DNA of 52,779 bases from Octopus sinensis (lineage: Eukaryota), in the NCBI RefSeq assembly GCF_006345805.1, contig NW_021834447.1:1-52779 (forward strand), written 5' to 3'. The notes beneath the pieces were generated by a model, which was given only the letters and a program-made list of their open reading frames with translations, searched no databases and was not told the origin of the DNA. Below are positions 1-12,210 of the stretch, in pieces (position 1 is the stretch's first letter; every line of letters begins with the position of its first letter). Both the position numbers and the translations under genes were made by a program.

Positions 1-267
1 TTGTTGTTGTTGTCATAATTATTATTATTATTATTATTATCATCATTATTAAATTTATTTATATTATTATTATTAATATTATTATTATTAATATTATTAT
101 TATTATTAATATTAATATTACTATTATTATTATTATTTTTATTATTATTATTAGTATTCTTATTATTATCATTATCATTATTATTATCATTATTATTATT
201 ATCATTAATATTATTATTATTATTATCATTATCATTAACATTATCGTTATCATTATTATTTTTATTA

Positions 268-302
<35 letters not shown>

Positions 303-426
303 ATTATAATTATTATTGTTATTATTGTTATTATTATTATAATTATTATCATGATCATTAGCATTATCATTATCATTATTATTATCCTTATTATTATTAT
401 TAATATTATAATTATTATTGTTATTA

Positions 427-457
<31 letters not shown>

Positions 458-671
458 ATCATGATCATTAGCATTATCATTATCATTATTATTATCATTA
501 TTATTATTATTATTTCTATTATTATTATTATTATTATTATTATATTAATACTATTATTATTATTATTTTTATTATTATTATATTATATTATTATTATTAT
601 TATTGTTGTTGTTGTTGTTGTTGTTGTTACTATTATTAATATTACAATAATAATGATAATAATAATAATAA
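1..671. repeat. Degenerate (TTA/ATT)n microsatellite
   Basis: Seen directly; source of the poly-Ile ORFs. Confidence 0.95.
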
Positions 672-991
672 ATCGACCCCAGGACTTATTCTTTGGAAGC
701 CTAGTACTTATTCTATCTGTCTCTTTTGCCAAACCACTAAGTTACGGGGACATAAACACACCAGCATTGGTCGTCAAGCGATGTTGGGGTTGACAAGCAC
801 AAACACACGCACACATACACATATGTGTGATGGGCTTCTTTCAGTTTCTGTCTACCAAATCCACTCATAAGGCTTTGGTCGGCCCAAGGCAATAGTAGAA
901 GACACTTACCCAATGTGCCACGCAGTGGGACTGAACCCAGAACCATGTGGTTGGTAAGCAAGCTACTTACCACACAGCTACTCCTACACCT
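670..991 (-). mobile_element. tRNA-derived SINE (octopus-type)
   Basis: Reverse complement of the element at 19667-20090. B-box-like GGGTTCAGTCCC on the minus strand. Confidence 0.8.
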
Positions 992-1002
992 GTAGTGTGT
1001 GA

Positions 1003-1121
1003 CACTTACAGCACCTATGTTTCTCAAGCGGTCACCTATCTAAGTACTAACTAGGCTCGACATTACTTAACTTCGGTGATTGCACAAGAACCGGTGCTTT
1101 CAACGTGATATGGTAATGAAA
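1003..1121 (-). pseudogene. Degenerate full-length 5S rRNA copy
   Basis: Minus strand reads ccatatcacgttgaaagcaccggttcttgtgcaatcaccgaagttaagtaatgtcgagcctagttagtacttagataggtgaccgcttgagaaacataggtgctgtaag, alignable to invertebrate 5S over ~119 nt. Several substitutions and no oligo-T terminator. Confidence 0.85.
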
Positions 1122-1490
1122 ATCTGTTTTTGTTTGAAATTATTGAAAAAAACTACCCAATAAAACACATTAACTATTCAACTTCTGTAATAAGCAATAT
1201 GTTCCATAGAAATGAGAAGAGAAAAATCAAATAAAGTTCTATTGAAATTATTGAACATTGAAACTAGAATATCAGAAATACTTAATATCTTAAAATTTTG
1301 GTCTTTCTTCCCCCCCTCCCTCCTTTGAATATGCTAATTGAAGCTACTGATCTGATCCATTGAAGATGTAAATGTTAGAGAATTCTGAATTATTATCTGA
1401 AATTATTAATATTTTGCAAATATTTGGTATATATATCTTCTTGTTATACATACATAAGTACACCCCCTATCACACACATGTAATTTATAC

Positions 1491-1521
<31 letters not shown>

Positions 1522-1769
1522 TACATTATAATGCACACACACACACAAAATACTATCATCATTTTGCATCTGTTTTCCATGCATAGGTAGGATGGTTTAG
1601 TGGGATTCAGTGAGGCAGAGAACTATATCTTTGCTCAAATAACTCATTTTTGGCATGGTTCCTATGAATTGATGCCCTTCCTAACTCCCGGCTGTAGAAA
1701 CCATACCCAAACTGTGACCTTGGTGCAAAGAGGATGGTCCTCCAACTCACTATACATAATACATACACA

Positions 1770-2118
1770 CCAGTACCGGTGGTACGTAAGAGAACCATCT
1801 GAACGTGGCTGTTGCCAGCGCTGCCCCAATGGCCTCGTGCCGGTGGCACGTAAAAAGCACCATCCGATCGTGGCCGTTGCCAGCCTCGCCTGGCCCCTGT
1901 GCTGGTGGCACGTAAAAAGCACCACCCATTCGTGGCCGTTTGCCAGCCTCGTCTGGTACGTAAAAAGCAACCACTACACTCACGGAGTGGTTGGCGTTTG
2001 GAGGGGCGTCCAGCTGTAGAAACATTGCCAGATCAGATTGGCTTCCCAGACCCCAGTTGAACCGTCCAACCCATGCTAGCGTGGAAGGCGGACGCTAAAC
2101 GATGATGATGATGATGAT
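1770..2118 (+). mobile_element. SINE-like repeat with internal 'ggtggcacgtaaaaagcacc' repeats and an RTE-like (GAT)n tail
   Basis: The internal motif repeats 3-4 times. Ends ccatgctagcgtggaaggcggacgctaaac(gat)n. Confidence 0.6.
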
Positions 2119-2164
2119 ATTTATAAATACACATTCACACACACATATATATACACTTATGTAT

Positions 2165-2350
2165 CACCATCATCATCATTTGGTGTCCCCTTTTCCGTGC
2201 TAGTGTATGTTGGACCGTTTGACAAGAACAGACAAGCCAGAGAGCTGCGCCAGGTTCTGTGTCTGCTTTGGCATGATTTCTACGGCTGGATGCCCCTCCA
2301 TAACGCCAACCATTTCAGAAAGTGTAATGGATGCTTATTACATGCCACTA
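2165..2350 (-). mobile_element. Second, diverged copy of the (GAT)n-tailed repeat in opposite orientation
   Basis: catcatcatcatt...ccgtgctag... is the reverse-complement tail; ggctggatgccc...aacgccaacca matches the body. Confidence 0.55.
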
Positions 2351-2996
2351 ATACCATTGATGTTACCAAGTACCTATAAGGCAAAACAAAAGTGGGAGTA
2401 TATAATGGAGGAATAAGAAACTAGGATAGAAGGTCAGGAGTAGGTATCTTGCTGAAGAGGTGAATGTATAGCTTGCCCACCTAGAAAGAGAGGAAGCGAA
2501 AGAAATCAAAGTACAAGGTGAATATGAGAGACAGATATGTATATATTCACATATTTTGTCTGCTACTAGTACTTATGTTAAAAAGCACAGAAGTATCAAT
2601 AACAGATGAAAAGTCTCCAGCACTGGTGATGGAATTGCTAGATCGCATGATCTCTGCTTATTTGAGTATCCACTATCAACTGCATGCTTAGACAAATTTC
2701 TTCTTTGCTTGATACATTAAAAAAAAACAGTGATTAATCAGTCACCAGTGTTGCAAATAGCTGGTGTGTTGGGTAAAAATTCATTAATGGAAGCTGTATA
2801 AATATCATATATATACATATTTATATGCATGTATCTATCTGTCTATATGGATATCTATGTATATATGCAGGTAGATTTGGATATATATATATATATATAT
2901 ATATAGGGAAAGTTTACGAAAAAAAACAAAAGACGAAGACAGGTGGTGTACAAAACAAACAGATGTATTAGTATAGCGCTCAGGAATAGAAAAAGT

Positions 2997-3033
2997 CTTT
3001 TACGTTTCGAGCTTACGCTCTTCTACAGAAAGG
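2997..3033 (-). ncRNA. Minimal hammerhead-ribozyme-like motif with variant core (CUGUAGA), in a Penelope-terminus-like repeat (~2906-3095)
   Basis: Minus strand: CCTTT-CTGTAGA-A-GAGC-GTAA-GCTC-GAAA-C-GTA/AAAG. Stem II GAGC/GCTC; stem I CTTT/AAAG. Confidence 0.55.
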
Positions 3034-3096
3034 TACACAGAAAAAACAAGGAGAGAAGCATGAGAGAGAGAGATAGGATGGGGGAGAGAAATATGG

Positions 3097-3139
<43 letters not shown>

Positions 3140-3699
3140 AAGGTATGTGTCCTAGTAGATAGGGTTTGTACTGACAATCGCAAGATAGTGGCTTCAATTT
3201 CCAGACTGGTGGTACACTGTGTTCTTGAGCAGAACAATTCATTTCACATTGCTCCCGTCCCTGCAATGGTCTGGCGTTCCATTCAATGGGAGTGTTGGTC
3301 TTCCTACCTAACCAGTGAGGTAGCATCATTAGAAAGCTGCAATTCAGGGAAGTGCATTGTGATCAGCAGTTTTTAACTACATCTGATGGTCTGGTTGATA
3401 TACACACACAATATATTGGAATAAGGATTTCAAAATCAGGGCAAATACTTTATAAGCACTATGTCAGTTAGTCAATTTGAAGTTTGCTTTGAAGAATTTC
3501 ACATAAAATTACAGAGTATATTAAAAAGTCACAAAGAAGAATGAATAATTACACATCTTTAATTGATAGTTTACAACATATAAAATGCCAACACATTTCT
3601 GTTACACAAGTGTTTTGGAATCCTTGGATATGATGGTTTAGCACACTTATCAATTCACATTAAAGTGATTTTCGTACCATATAGCTCCAAGGCTGTACA

Positions 3700-3768
3700 C
3701 CAGCATAACTTTTGCAAGGCACTCCAACTTAAGGGAAATTGCAGAGCACCTTGTAAAAATTATGCTGG
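3700..3768 (-). other. ~69-nt stem-loop (pre-miRNA-like or MITE remnant)
   Basis: 25-nt arms ccagcataacttttgcaaggcactc / gagcaccttgtaaaaattatgctgg. On the minus strand, 3 of the 4 non-Watson-Crick pairs are G-U. Confidence 0.4.
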
Positions 3769-3910
3769 CAAACACCTTTGGATCTGTACATTTGATTTAA
3801 TATGAATCAGTTAGTGTGCAGAACCATCACATCTGAGGATCCTGAGATGCTTGCATAACGGAAACAAGAATTGGTATTTTATATTTTGTAAGCCATTCTT
3901 TTTGTCCCTT

Positions 3911-4286
3911 ATATATATATACGAGCAAAACACACCCCGGTCCAATAGACGGTGCTGAGTTGTCAAACATTTAAACCAAATTTTCTCAAAACAACTAGTC
4001 CAACTGTCCCACAGGCCTCCCCTTTGAGAAACACTGATTTAACCTAAATTTGAGACACCAGCAAAAGACGGATTTCGACTGATGTACTTGCACATACAAA
4101 TTCACGTTCCCACGGCATTATCGATTGCATTCTCACCTGGAATTGATTTTTGTAATTTTTTCAAGACTTATACACACCTTGATACCGTCGGTATCTACAT
4201 ATCAAATTTGAGTGCAATCGGATGGAGGATGCCCGAGATCCTAGAAGACAGACACAGACAGACAGAATGGATTTTATATAATAGAT
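3911..4286 (+). mobile_element. Possible non-autonomous Helitron/DINE-like element
   Basis: The 3' end caaatttgagtgcaatcgg...acagacacagacagacag...ttttatataatagat resembles the layout of such elements. Motif resemblance only. Confidence 0.35.
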
Positions 4287-4445
4287 GTGTGTGTGTGTGT
4301 GTGTAATATGGATATCATGGGTAGATTATCCACCAACAGAGGATAAATTATTTAGTTATTCGAAATGTATACCTCAACACCTATGTTTGTACTTCTTCAC
4401 CAGGGGAAGAATTTACATTCACTAGTATTTGTGTGTGTGTGTGTG

Positions 4446-4493
<48 letters not shown>

Positions 4494-4799
4494 ATGAATG
4501 GATGGACAAACAGACAGATACATAATGTGGCTGTATATGTACATGTACACACACAATGGCTTCTGTACAGTTTCCTCTTGACAATCTCACCCAAAAAGCA
4601 TAAGCTGGCCCAAAGATATAGTAGAAGACACTTGCCTGAGGTACCATGCACTAGAATAGAACCCAAAATCTAGTGGTTATAAATTGAACTCTGAATCCAA
4701 ACAGATATACCTCTAACACCGTATAATCGACTTAATCCGTTTGTCTGTCCTTTTTTGTCTTTTCTGTGTTTAGCTCCTTGTGGGTAGTAAAGAAACAGG

Positions 4800-5335
4800 A
4801 TACAGTAGACATGGACAGTGGGGATTTCACGCAGAGACAACGACTACACAGTTAAAAGAATAACAATGATATCCGACAAAATAATATAACAATGAAAGTT
4901 CGTAATAGGTGCAGGTAATCCCCTGGAGTTGGCTCAGGTACCCACACCCCAATCCTGAACCACTCGACGCTTCGAGGGCATCTGGGAAGAGCACTCTCCT
5001 CCCTCTCAAATTCACTAGCCCACAGGCGCGTTATTAGAGTAGGTCCACTCACACGTACCATTTTCGCTATTCATCCACCTTTTGGCAAATGTACTGAGAG
5101 GCAGCACTTTACTCTACACCCTCATCTTCCTTTCCTCTGCCTTTAGTCCTTTTAACCTGGTCCACAATACAGCCTCTTTCGCTACTGCTATTAGACAGAA
5201 GTAAATTGCCTGACCTTCCGGACTGATGGAAAGCGGCTGATCGATCTTCACTACGGACTCGGCCGATAGATAGAACCGACTTCTCTTGGGTAAGCTTTGC
5301 TCTATCACCGCTTTGTGAACAGTATTATGATGACG
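4800..5335 (-). mobile_element. Decayed 3' fragment of a Tx1-like LINE (subfamily distinct from 8401-11811)
   Basis: LSAESVVKI...FCLIAVAKEAVLWTRLKGL...FAKRW resembles the C-terminus of the 8859-10994 ORF (LSAESIVNI...VAMAKECIWWTRLKGL...FKKRW). Confidence 0.75.
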
Positions 5336-5373
5336 TATTCCGTGTTAGCTGATACGAATATTTAACATCCTAA

Positions 5374-5463
<90 letters not shown>

Positions 5464-5468
<5 letters not shown>

Positions 5469-5782
5469 CTGTATTTCTCATTATATACTTTCGGTTTGAA
5501 AAGTTTCAGTCAGCAGTTTATGATGATTGCGGTGGAAGTGGAGAGTTAAAATTAGAGGGGGGATAGGGAGTGATAGACGAGAGAGAGAGAGGGGAAAGAA
5601 GATGAGGTGGGTTGATGTGTACGATTGTGAGTGTGTGTGTGTGTGTCTGTGTGTGTGATGCAATTAGATACATAACCCTACCTAAGCTTTTCTTTAATAT
5701 GAAACTGAAGGGAATATCACGTTAACGATTGCATTAAATGACGTGAAGAAGTGAGTGAAAAGTTTAGCCTGAAAAAATTTGC
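5464..5782 (+). repeat. Unclassified ~320-bp repeat 'X' between (TA)n and (AAT)n
   Basis: Paralogs at 25228-25572 (-), 25699-26022 (+), a partial copy at ~20388-20495, and 34425-34745. Confidence 0.8.
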
Positions 5783-5828
<46 letters not shown>

Positions 5829-5843
5829 GTAATAATAATAACA

Positions 5844-5888
<45 letters not shown>

Positions 5889-5946
5889 ATTATTTTCGTT
5901 GTTGTTATTATTATCATTATTATGATTATTATTATTATTATTATTA

Positions 5947-6030
<84 letters not shown>
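5783..6030. repeat. (AAT)n then (TTA)n microsatellite (strand switch at ~5845)
   Basis: Seen directly. Confidence 0.9.
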
Positions 6031-6142
6031 TTGCCATTAGGGCCGGCATATAGGAGAAGATACAGTAGACAAGGCGGTGAGAGCTGGCAGAATCTTCAGT
6101 ACCTCGGGCGAAATGCTTCGCGGTATTTCTTCTGCCGTTACG

Positions 6143-6214
6143 AGGCCCATCAAAGCTGTAATGTAAAACAAGAGTCAACCTGACAATCGACAAGTGAACA
6201 CATTCCAAATAGCT

Positions 6215-6259
<45 letters not shown>

Positions 6260-6280
6260 CTATGAATGCAAATATGTATG

Positions 6281-6324
<44 letters not shown>

Positions 6325-7053
6325 CATATGCAATAAATCTGAAATATCCAAACTTGCATTTACAAATACATAATATATACATACAAGCTCTTACATACAT
6401 ATATACAAACACATACACATACACGCACATATATTAACATATAAACTCCTACATTAATACACATTATTAAAAACATGAAGTAGTCAACATATATATATAT
6501 ATATAGGTACCTACAGAAATATAAATATATATAACACGCATCCCAAATTTATTCCAAGTATTATGATCAATCGATTTTTCCTCCTCCTCTCACCCTCCTA
6601 AATCTCACCAACACACATCACAAATTTCATCAAATTTTTGCAATTCAACCGCCTCTGTCATTTGACCCTTTTTGGCCTCAAACAATACTTAACAAAACTC
6701 AACTACTAGGAAAGTACCGGCCCGATTTTTTGTACTACTAACACTCTTAACCACTCCCTCGTACCTGAAATGTGTCCTTAAAAAGACCCCACGTGTTGTA
6801 ATTTGAGATGGAATTGCTGTTTCATTAGTGTACCTGCTAGAAGGGGATACTCCTTCAACATTCAGATGAATTACTTATTTATTCACTTCGTTTACAATTA
6901 ATCATACGTTATCTTCTAGCTTTGAGATTTTGATTATGTGATTGCTTACTTTTAGAATAACTTTGCATGGTGGTTGTGAAAGGGCTGATGTGTTCAGTTT
7001 CAACAGAAAACAGGAAGAATATTTGGGCCCGACGTGGCCAGTGCCAATGCTAA
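6143..7053 (+). repeat. Older dispersed duplication, paralog of 17257-17832, with a ~340-bp microsatellite-rich insert
   Basis: Both begin aggcccatcaaagct...caagagtcaacctgacaatcgacaag and end gggcccgacgtggcca..gccaatgctaat. Scattered substitutions. Confidence 0.85.
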
Positions 7054-7061
7054 TGGGTTAA
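6848..7061. mobile_element. Possible degenerate TTAA-type (piggyBac-like) MITE
   Basis: Ends aatgctaatgggTTAA. The left end tactccttcaacatt is only a weak inverted match. Confidence 0.3.
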
Positions 7062-8057
7062 CTGAAAATTACTGAAGTCAAAATAAAAGCATAAAAACAT
7101 TTTAGGTAATTTGGGGACACAAACTTATGAGGTCTTAACGGTGGTGAACCTTTTTATCCCATCCTAAATGCCGTTGAGGTGTCTGGACGATGGCCAATAC
7201 ATGGCCGATATAATATAATGAAAATCGTAACTTACCAAAGAATTGGTTTCACATCTGTTCGTAAGAGTTAGTGAATGTTTATATATATATATATTTGCGC
7301 ATATATATATATATATGTTGCGTCATTTGTTTATTTACCATACATTTTTTCATTGAAGTAGCGGAACACAACGCACACAATTATGCATATATATATGTAT
7401 GTGTGTGTGTATGTGTGTGTATGTGTGAGTATGTGTGTGTTTGCGGGTGTGTATATGTGTATAATAGCACACTCTTGTGCCTGGTGTAAGGTTGCATCCT
7501 GTTGATTCAAAATTGAAGCAATGGCATGCAACCTTATTCTACATTCCACCAGTAACAGCAACTAATTCTAAAGTTATTATTACTGCACACTGTTGCTTGA
7601 ATTTGCAACCGGCAGCATGTAACCTGATGCTAATGCTTGTGATATACATGCAGTAGAAATGCGTGTCGTTCACAGGTTTAAAATAACTAAATTGGATAGT
7701 ATATATTGTATGCTACAAAATAAGTTTCCTCATGTGTAATTATTCGTTCTTATTTTAATGTCTTTTACACAGAAAAAAAACGCGAAATAGTGAACTCGGA
7801 ATTTTGGAACTAAGTGGAAGACAACGACTGTTTACCATAAAGAGTTTCCCGTTTTGCCGGACCATTCGATGTGGTTGACCAGAGCCTGGATTGTAGTACA
7901 ATGCTTGAAAGTTGCGTCCCATGATTTGATTTTCCTCTCCCTTTATATTATGTATATGTGTGTGTGAATGTATGTGTCTGCGTGTGTGTTTGTGTGTGTG
8001 AATATAAGTATATGTAAATGAATGTATATATGTGTGTATATACACATATATATATAT

Positions 8058-8402
<345 letters not shown>

Positions 8403-8858
8403 GTTTCTTTATTGGCCACACAGGGCTGCACACAGATGGGACAAGTTACAAGGTAGAGCTTTTCTTTTGGGGGATGAAAAAAAAGGGGGTGGCGTAGGTT
8501 TTCGATCAAGAGGGATCGTAAAGGGGAAGAAAAGAACAAAAAAAAAAGAAAAAAAGAAAAAAATAGAATAAAAAATAAAAAGAATAAAAGAAAAAAAAAG
8601 AAAGGGAAAGGAACAAAAGAGAAGAGAAATGAAAAAAGAATAAAAAGGGGGAAAAAAGGGGAAGAGAAAAAAAAAAGGAACGATCAATAGGGATCGTGTA
8701 TCACAGTGTTATGATATATGGTGTAAAGGGGAAAGCAAGTAAGGTTTATCTGTGGGAAGAAAAGCCTACGAAAAAGACCACGGTAACCTTGGTCAATATT
8801 GTTATATGTTACCACATTTGTTTGCAAGTGGGTAACCCTCTGTTTTCAATTTCTGGGT

Positions 8859-10921
8859 TCATAGGATTATGCTCAAAGTGGCTTCGTCATTCATACGTGC
8901 CATCCTTGCTACATTCACCCATCTTTTTTTAAAACATTCGCTAGACAAAACTTGCCTCTCTACTCTCACTTTCCTTTTCAAGTGGTACTTGAAGAAGTTG
9001 ATGAGAGATTGACCAGAGAGGAAAGTGTTTGTCTCCAATCCTTTCAGACGCGTCCACCAGATACATTCTTTCGCCATAGCCACAAGGATGATGAAAATAG
9101 CTCTTCCTTCCCGTTTGAAGGAAGGAGGCGTGACAATATTGACGATAGACTCAGCTGATAAACCGACTCGTCCCACACGTGACAGCAGTTGTTCGACACA
9201 AGCCCACAGGTCGGAAATTGTTGGACACTGCACGAGTGCGTGCAGAACGGTTTCGTCGCTCTGACCGCATCTCGGGCAGGTCGGCCCCGTGTTTCTCGAG
9301 CCGTGTCTGTAGAGCTTATCCCGAACGGGTAGCGCTTCTCGGTAACACTGCCAGGCCAGGGATCTCTGGAAGTTGTCCATGGGCCCTGGCCCGAAAGTCG
9401 TCCTGAACAGGCGGGTCAGGTACTCCTCGTCGACGTCCAGGTTCGCCCCGAGCTCGTCGTCGTACCTCCCCTCCACTAATCCCCTATAGAATGCTTTGGT
9501 TGTGTTGAAGTCACTCAAGGTCGACCCAGGACGGCAGAGTTGCTTGAGAGCAACGCGACACTCGCGGTGCCATTCGCCCTTCCTCGGCCTCTTTTTTATC
9601 CACGACTGCAGTTCGGTCATGGAGACGAGCTGCGGGAAAGCGTGCCTCACAAACGGCGACCACACCTGTTCACCGTCGTCTACATAGAGCCAGAGATGTC
9701 GCAGTCTCAGCGCGTGTCTGCGCATCATCAACCACGGCATGCCCAGCCCTCCTTTTAATGGATGTTGACAGCAAATGGATCGCCTGACCATCGGGACGCA
9801 TCCTTTCCACAAGAAGCGAAAGAGAATGCGTTGTAGTTTGGTGATGGTAGGGTCGGGACAAGGTACGACGGTCAGGCGGTAGTAGATGACGGACGCGATG
9901 TACGTGTTCGCCACCTCCGCCCGACCTTTTAGGGACAGTTTCCTCTCGGCCCATTGCCGGGCGAGAGTGACCACCCTACTCGTTATCTCGTTCCAGTTCT
10001 TCTCCACTTGGAGGTCCGGACCAAACCAGACCCCGAGCAACTCAACCGGGCCGTCGGTCCAGCGTCCCACGACGGAGGCGCTGGTGGACGGCATGGGCTT
10101 GCTTCTCCAGGTGCCTAGTCGCAAGCCCACTGACTTTTCCCGGTTGATTTTCGCTCCTGTCACCGCTTCGTAGTTTTTCAGTGTCTCGCCGACCTGCTCG
10201 ATGTGCTCGTGGCTAGACACTATGACGGTGACGTCGTCCGCGTATGCAGACACGCTCGTCCCGCATCCCAGTTCTCGCGGGATGCCCCTCAAAGTTGCCA
10301 GCTTCCGCAATAATGGCTCGAGAGTCAATACGTATAGAAGCGACGAGAGGGGGCATCCCTGACGGACCGAACGTGCGATGTCGAAGGGTCTCGATAGATG
10401 TCCATTCACGCGAATTACCGAACGGATGCCTCTGTACAAAGCGGCTATCCAGCCGCGGAAGACGGGACCGAAGCCAGCCGCTCTGAGGACCGCCTCCAAG
10501 TATCGATGGTCTACCCTATCGAAAGCTTTCGATTGATCCAAATTGATCAGCGCCCCACCCATGCCAGGTTCGTTAACTACCCTGTCTATGATGTAGCGCA
10601 TCAGGTGGAGGTTGTCATGGATGGTCCGGCCTGGCACGGCGCATGTTTGCGCCTTGTCGCCCAGTTTCTCGATGACAAGCGCCAACTTCTTGGCTAGCAC
10701 CTTGGCCAAAATTTTCAAGTCTGCATTAAGCAGAGTGATGGGCCTAAAGTTATCTATTACATTTCCCTTGTTTAGATCTTTCTTCAGCAGTGTTACGGTT
10801 CCTCGGCTCACAAAACCAGGAATGCTCCCGTTTTGCTGCCAGTTGCAGTACACCGCCGCCAAGAGATCTCCAAACAAGTCTGGCATACAATTGTAAAGCT
10901 CGTAGGGTAGACCATCCAAAC
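8859..10921 (-). CDS. Tx1 ORF2, RT and zinc-knuckle part (track ORF 8859-10994; its first ~24 aa come from another frame)
   Basis: RT motifs as above. One frameshift at ~10921 separates it from the upstream EN/linker frame. Confidence 0.85.
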
Positions 10922-11811
10922 CGGTGATTTGTATCTCGAGCATTCTGCCATCGCGTCCTGCACTTCCGCCGCCGTGATAGCACCTTCGCAGCACCCTGCC
11001 TTTCTTGTCGAGAGTCGTGGTAGGCTATGTAGGTAGGCACTGAAGTCCACCCTACGTTCTTGCCCTCCACTCGTCCCGAACAGTCGGGCAAAATGCTGCT
11101 GAAAGGCCTCACACATTTTACTTGGCTCGAGCAATTCGCGCCCCTGTTCATCTACCAGGGACCGAATGGTGGCTTTGTTGCCCTGTTGCGCCTCTGCCAC
11201 CCGGGCCTCTCTCGCGGCTCCAACACCTTCGTTCCTTAGAGCACGCATCCTAGCTCTGACAGCACATCCTTCGTGTTTGGCGTTGAAGTGTTGGTCGAGG
11301 GCCAACCTCGCCGCCAAAACGTCGGATGCGATGCCGCTTCTAATTGCCTCTTCTAGCTTCTTAACTAGCTCACCCTCTACTCTATTTCTATCTATGGCTA
11401 GTGCTTTGCTGTACCTAATCGCTTCTGCTTTTACTGCTCTCTTGAGGGCAAACCACCATTTGTTGTTGATGATGGCTCCCGTCAAAGCCCTCTTTACTAG
11501 TGTGCTAATCTGGTCTCTGAAAACCTGTCTCGATGGGAAAGACGCGTTTAGTTTCCAGTATCCGGGACCCTGCCTAAGTGTCTTACCTAAGTCTAGCGTA
11601 CATGTCACAAGTTTGTGATCCGTGTAGCTGACTATGTGGAATTGTGGACATCCTATGCTATCTCTGTCTACTGTCCTACACAGTATCCTATCTAGATACG
11701 ATCTCGACGACCCGATGCGGTTGCCCCATGTCCACGTTGGCGCATTCGGGTGGTCTAGTCGGAACCTGTCAGACAGTTGAAAGCGTCTGAGCAGGTCTCT
11801 GAGGCATTTGC
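10922..11811 (-). CDS. Tx1 ORF2, endonuclease C-terminus and linker
   Basis: Frame of the track ORF 10808-11608, extended 5'. Copy B reads through it into the RT (..KSPGLDGLP..). Confidence 0.8.

Positions 11812-12210
<399 letters not shown>

Noticed and set aside
59-793. Poly-Ile/Asn/Leu/Tyr ORFs here and at 5717-6208, 21767-22075, 24996-25259 and 28176-29760
   Set aside because: Translations of (AAT)n microsatellites; no sign of real coding sequence.
1600-2025. Several overlapping 80-139 aa ORFs
   Set aside because: They lie within a SINE-like repeat; no recognisable protein features.
3165-3375. Minus-strand frame (FPELQLSNDATS...FCSRTQCTTSLEIEATIL) faintly like Ty3/gypsy RNase H
   Set aside because: Several stops and too few motif residues to call by eye; needs an HMM search.
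3831-3880. CTGAGGA...GAAA spacing resembling a hammerhead
   Set aside because: Stem I cannot form and stem II lacks a closing helix.
7760-7915. Splice-acceptor-like 'ttttacacAG' followed by possible exon sequence
   Set aside because: No convincing donor or recognisable protein, and no neighbouring exons.
8952-11618. Plus-strand and alternate-frame ORFs overlapping the Tx1, and antisense ORFs over the Dong elements
   Set aside because: Shadow ORFs of retroelement coding sequence; no independent motifs.
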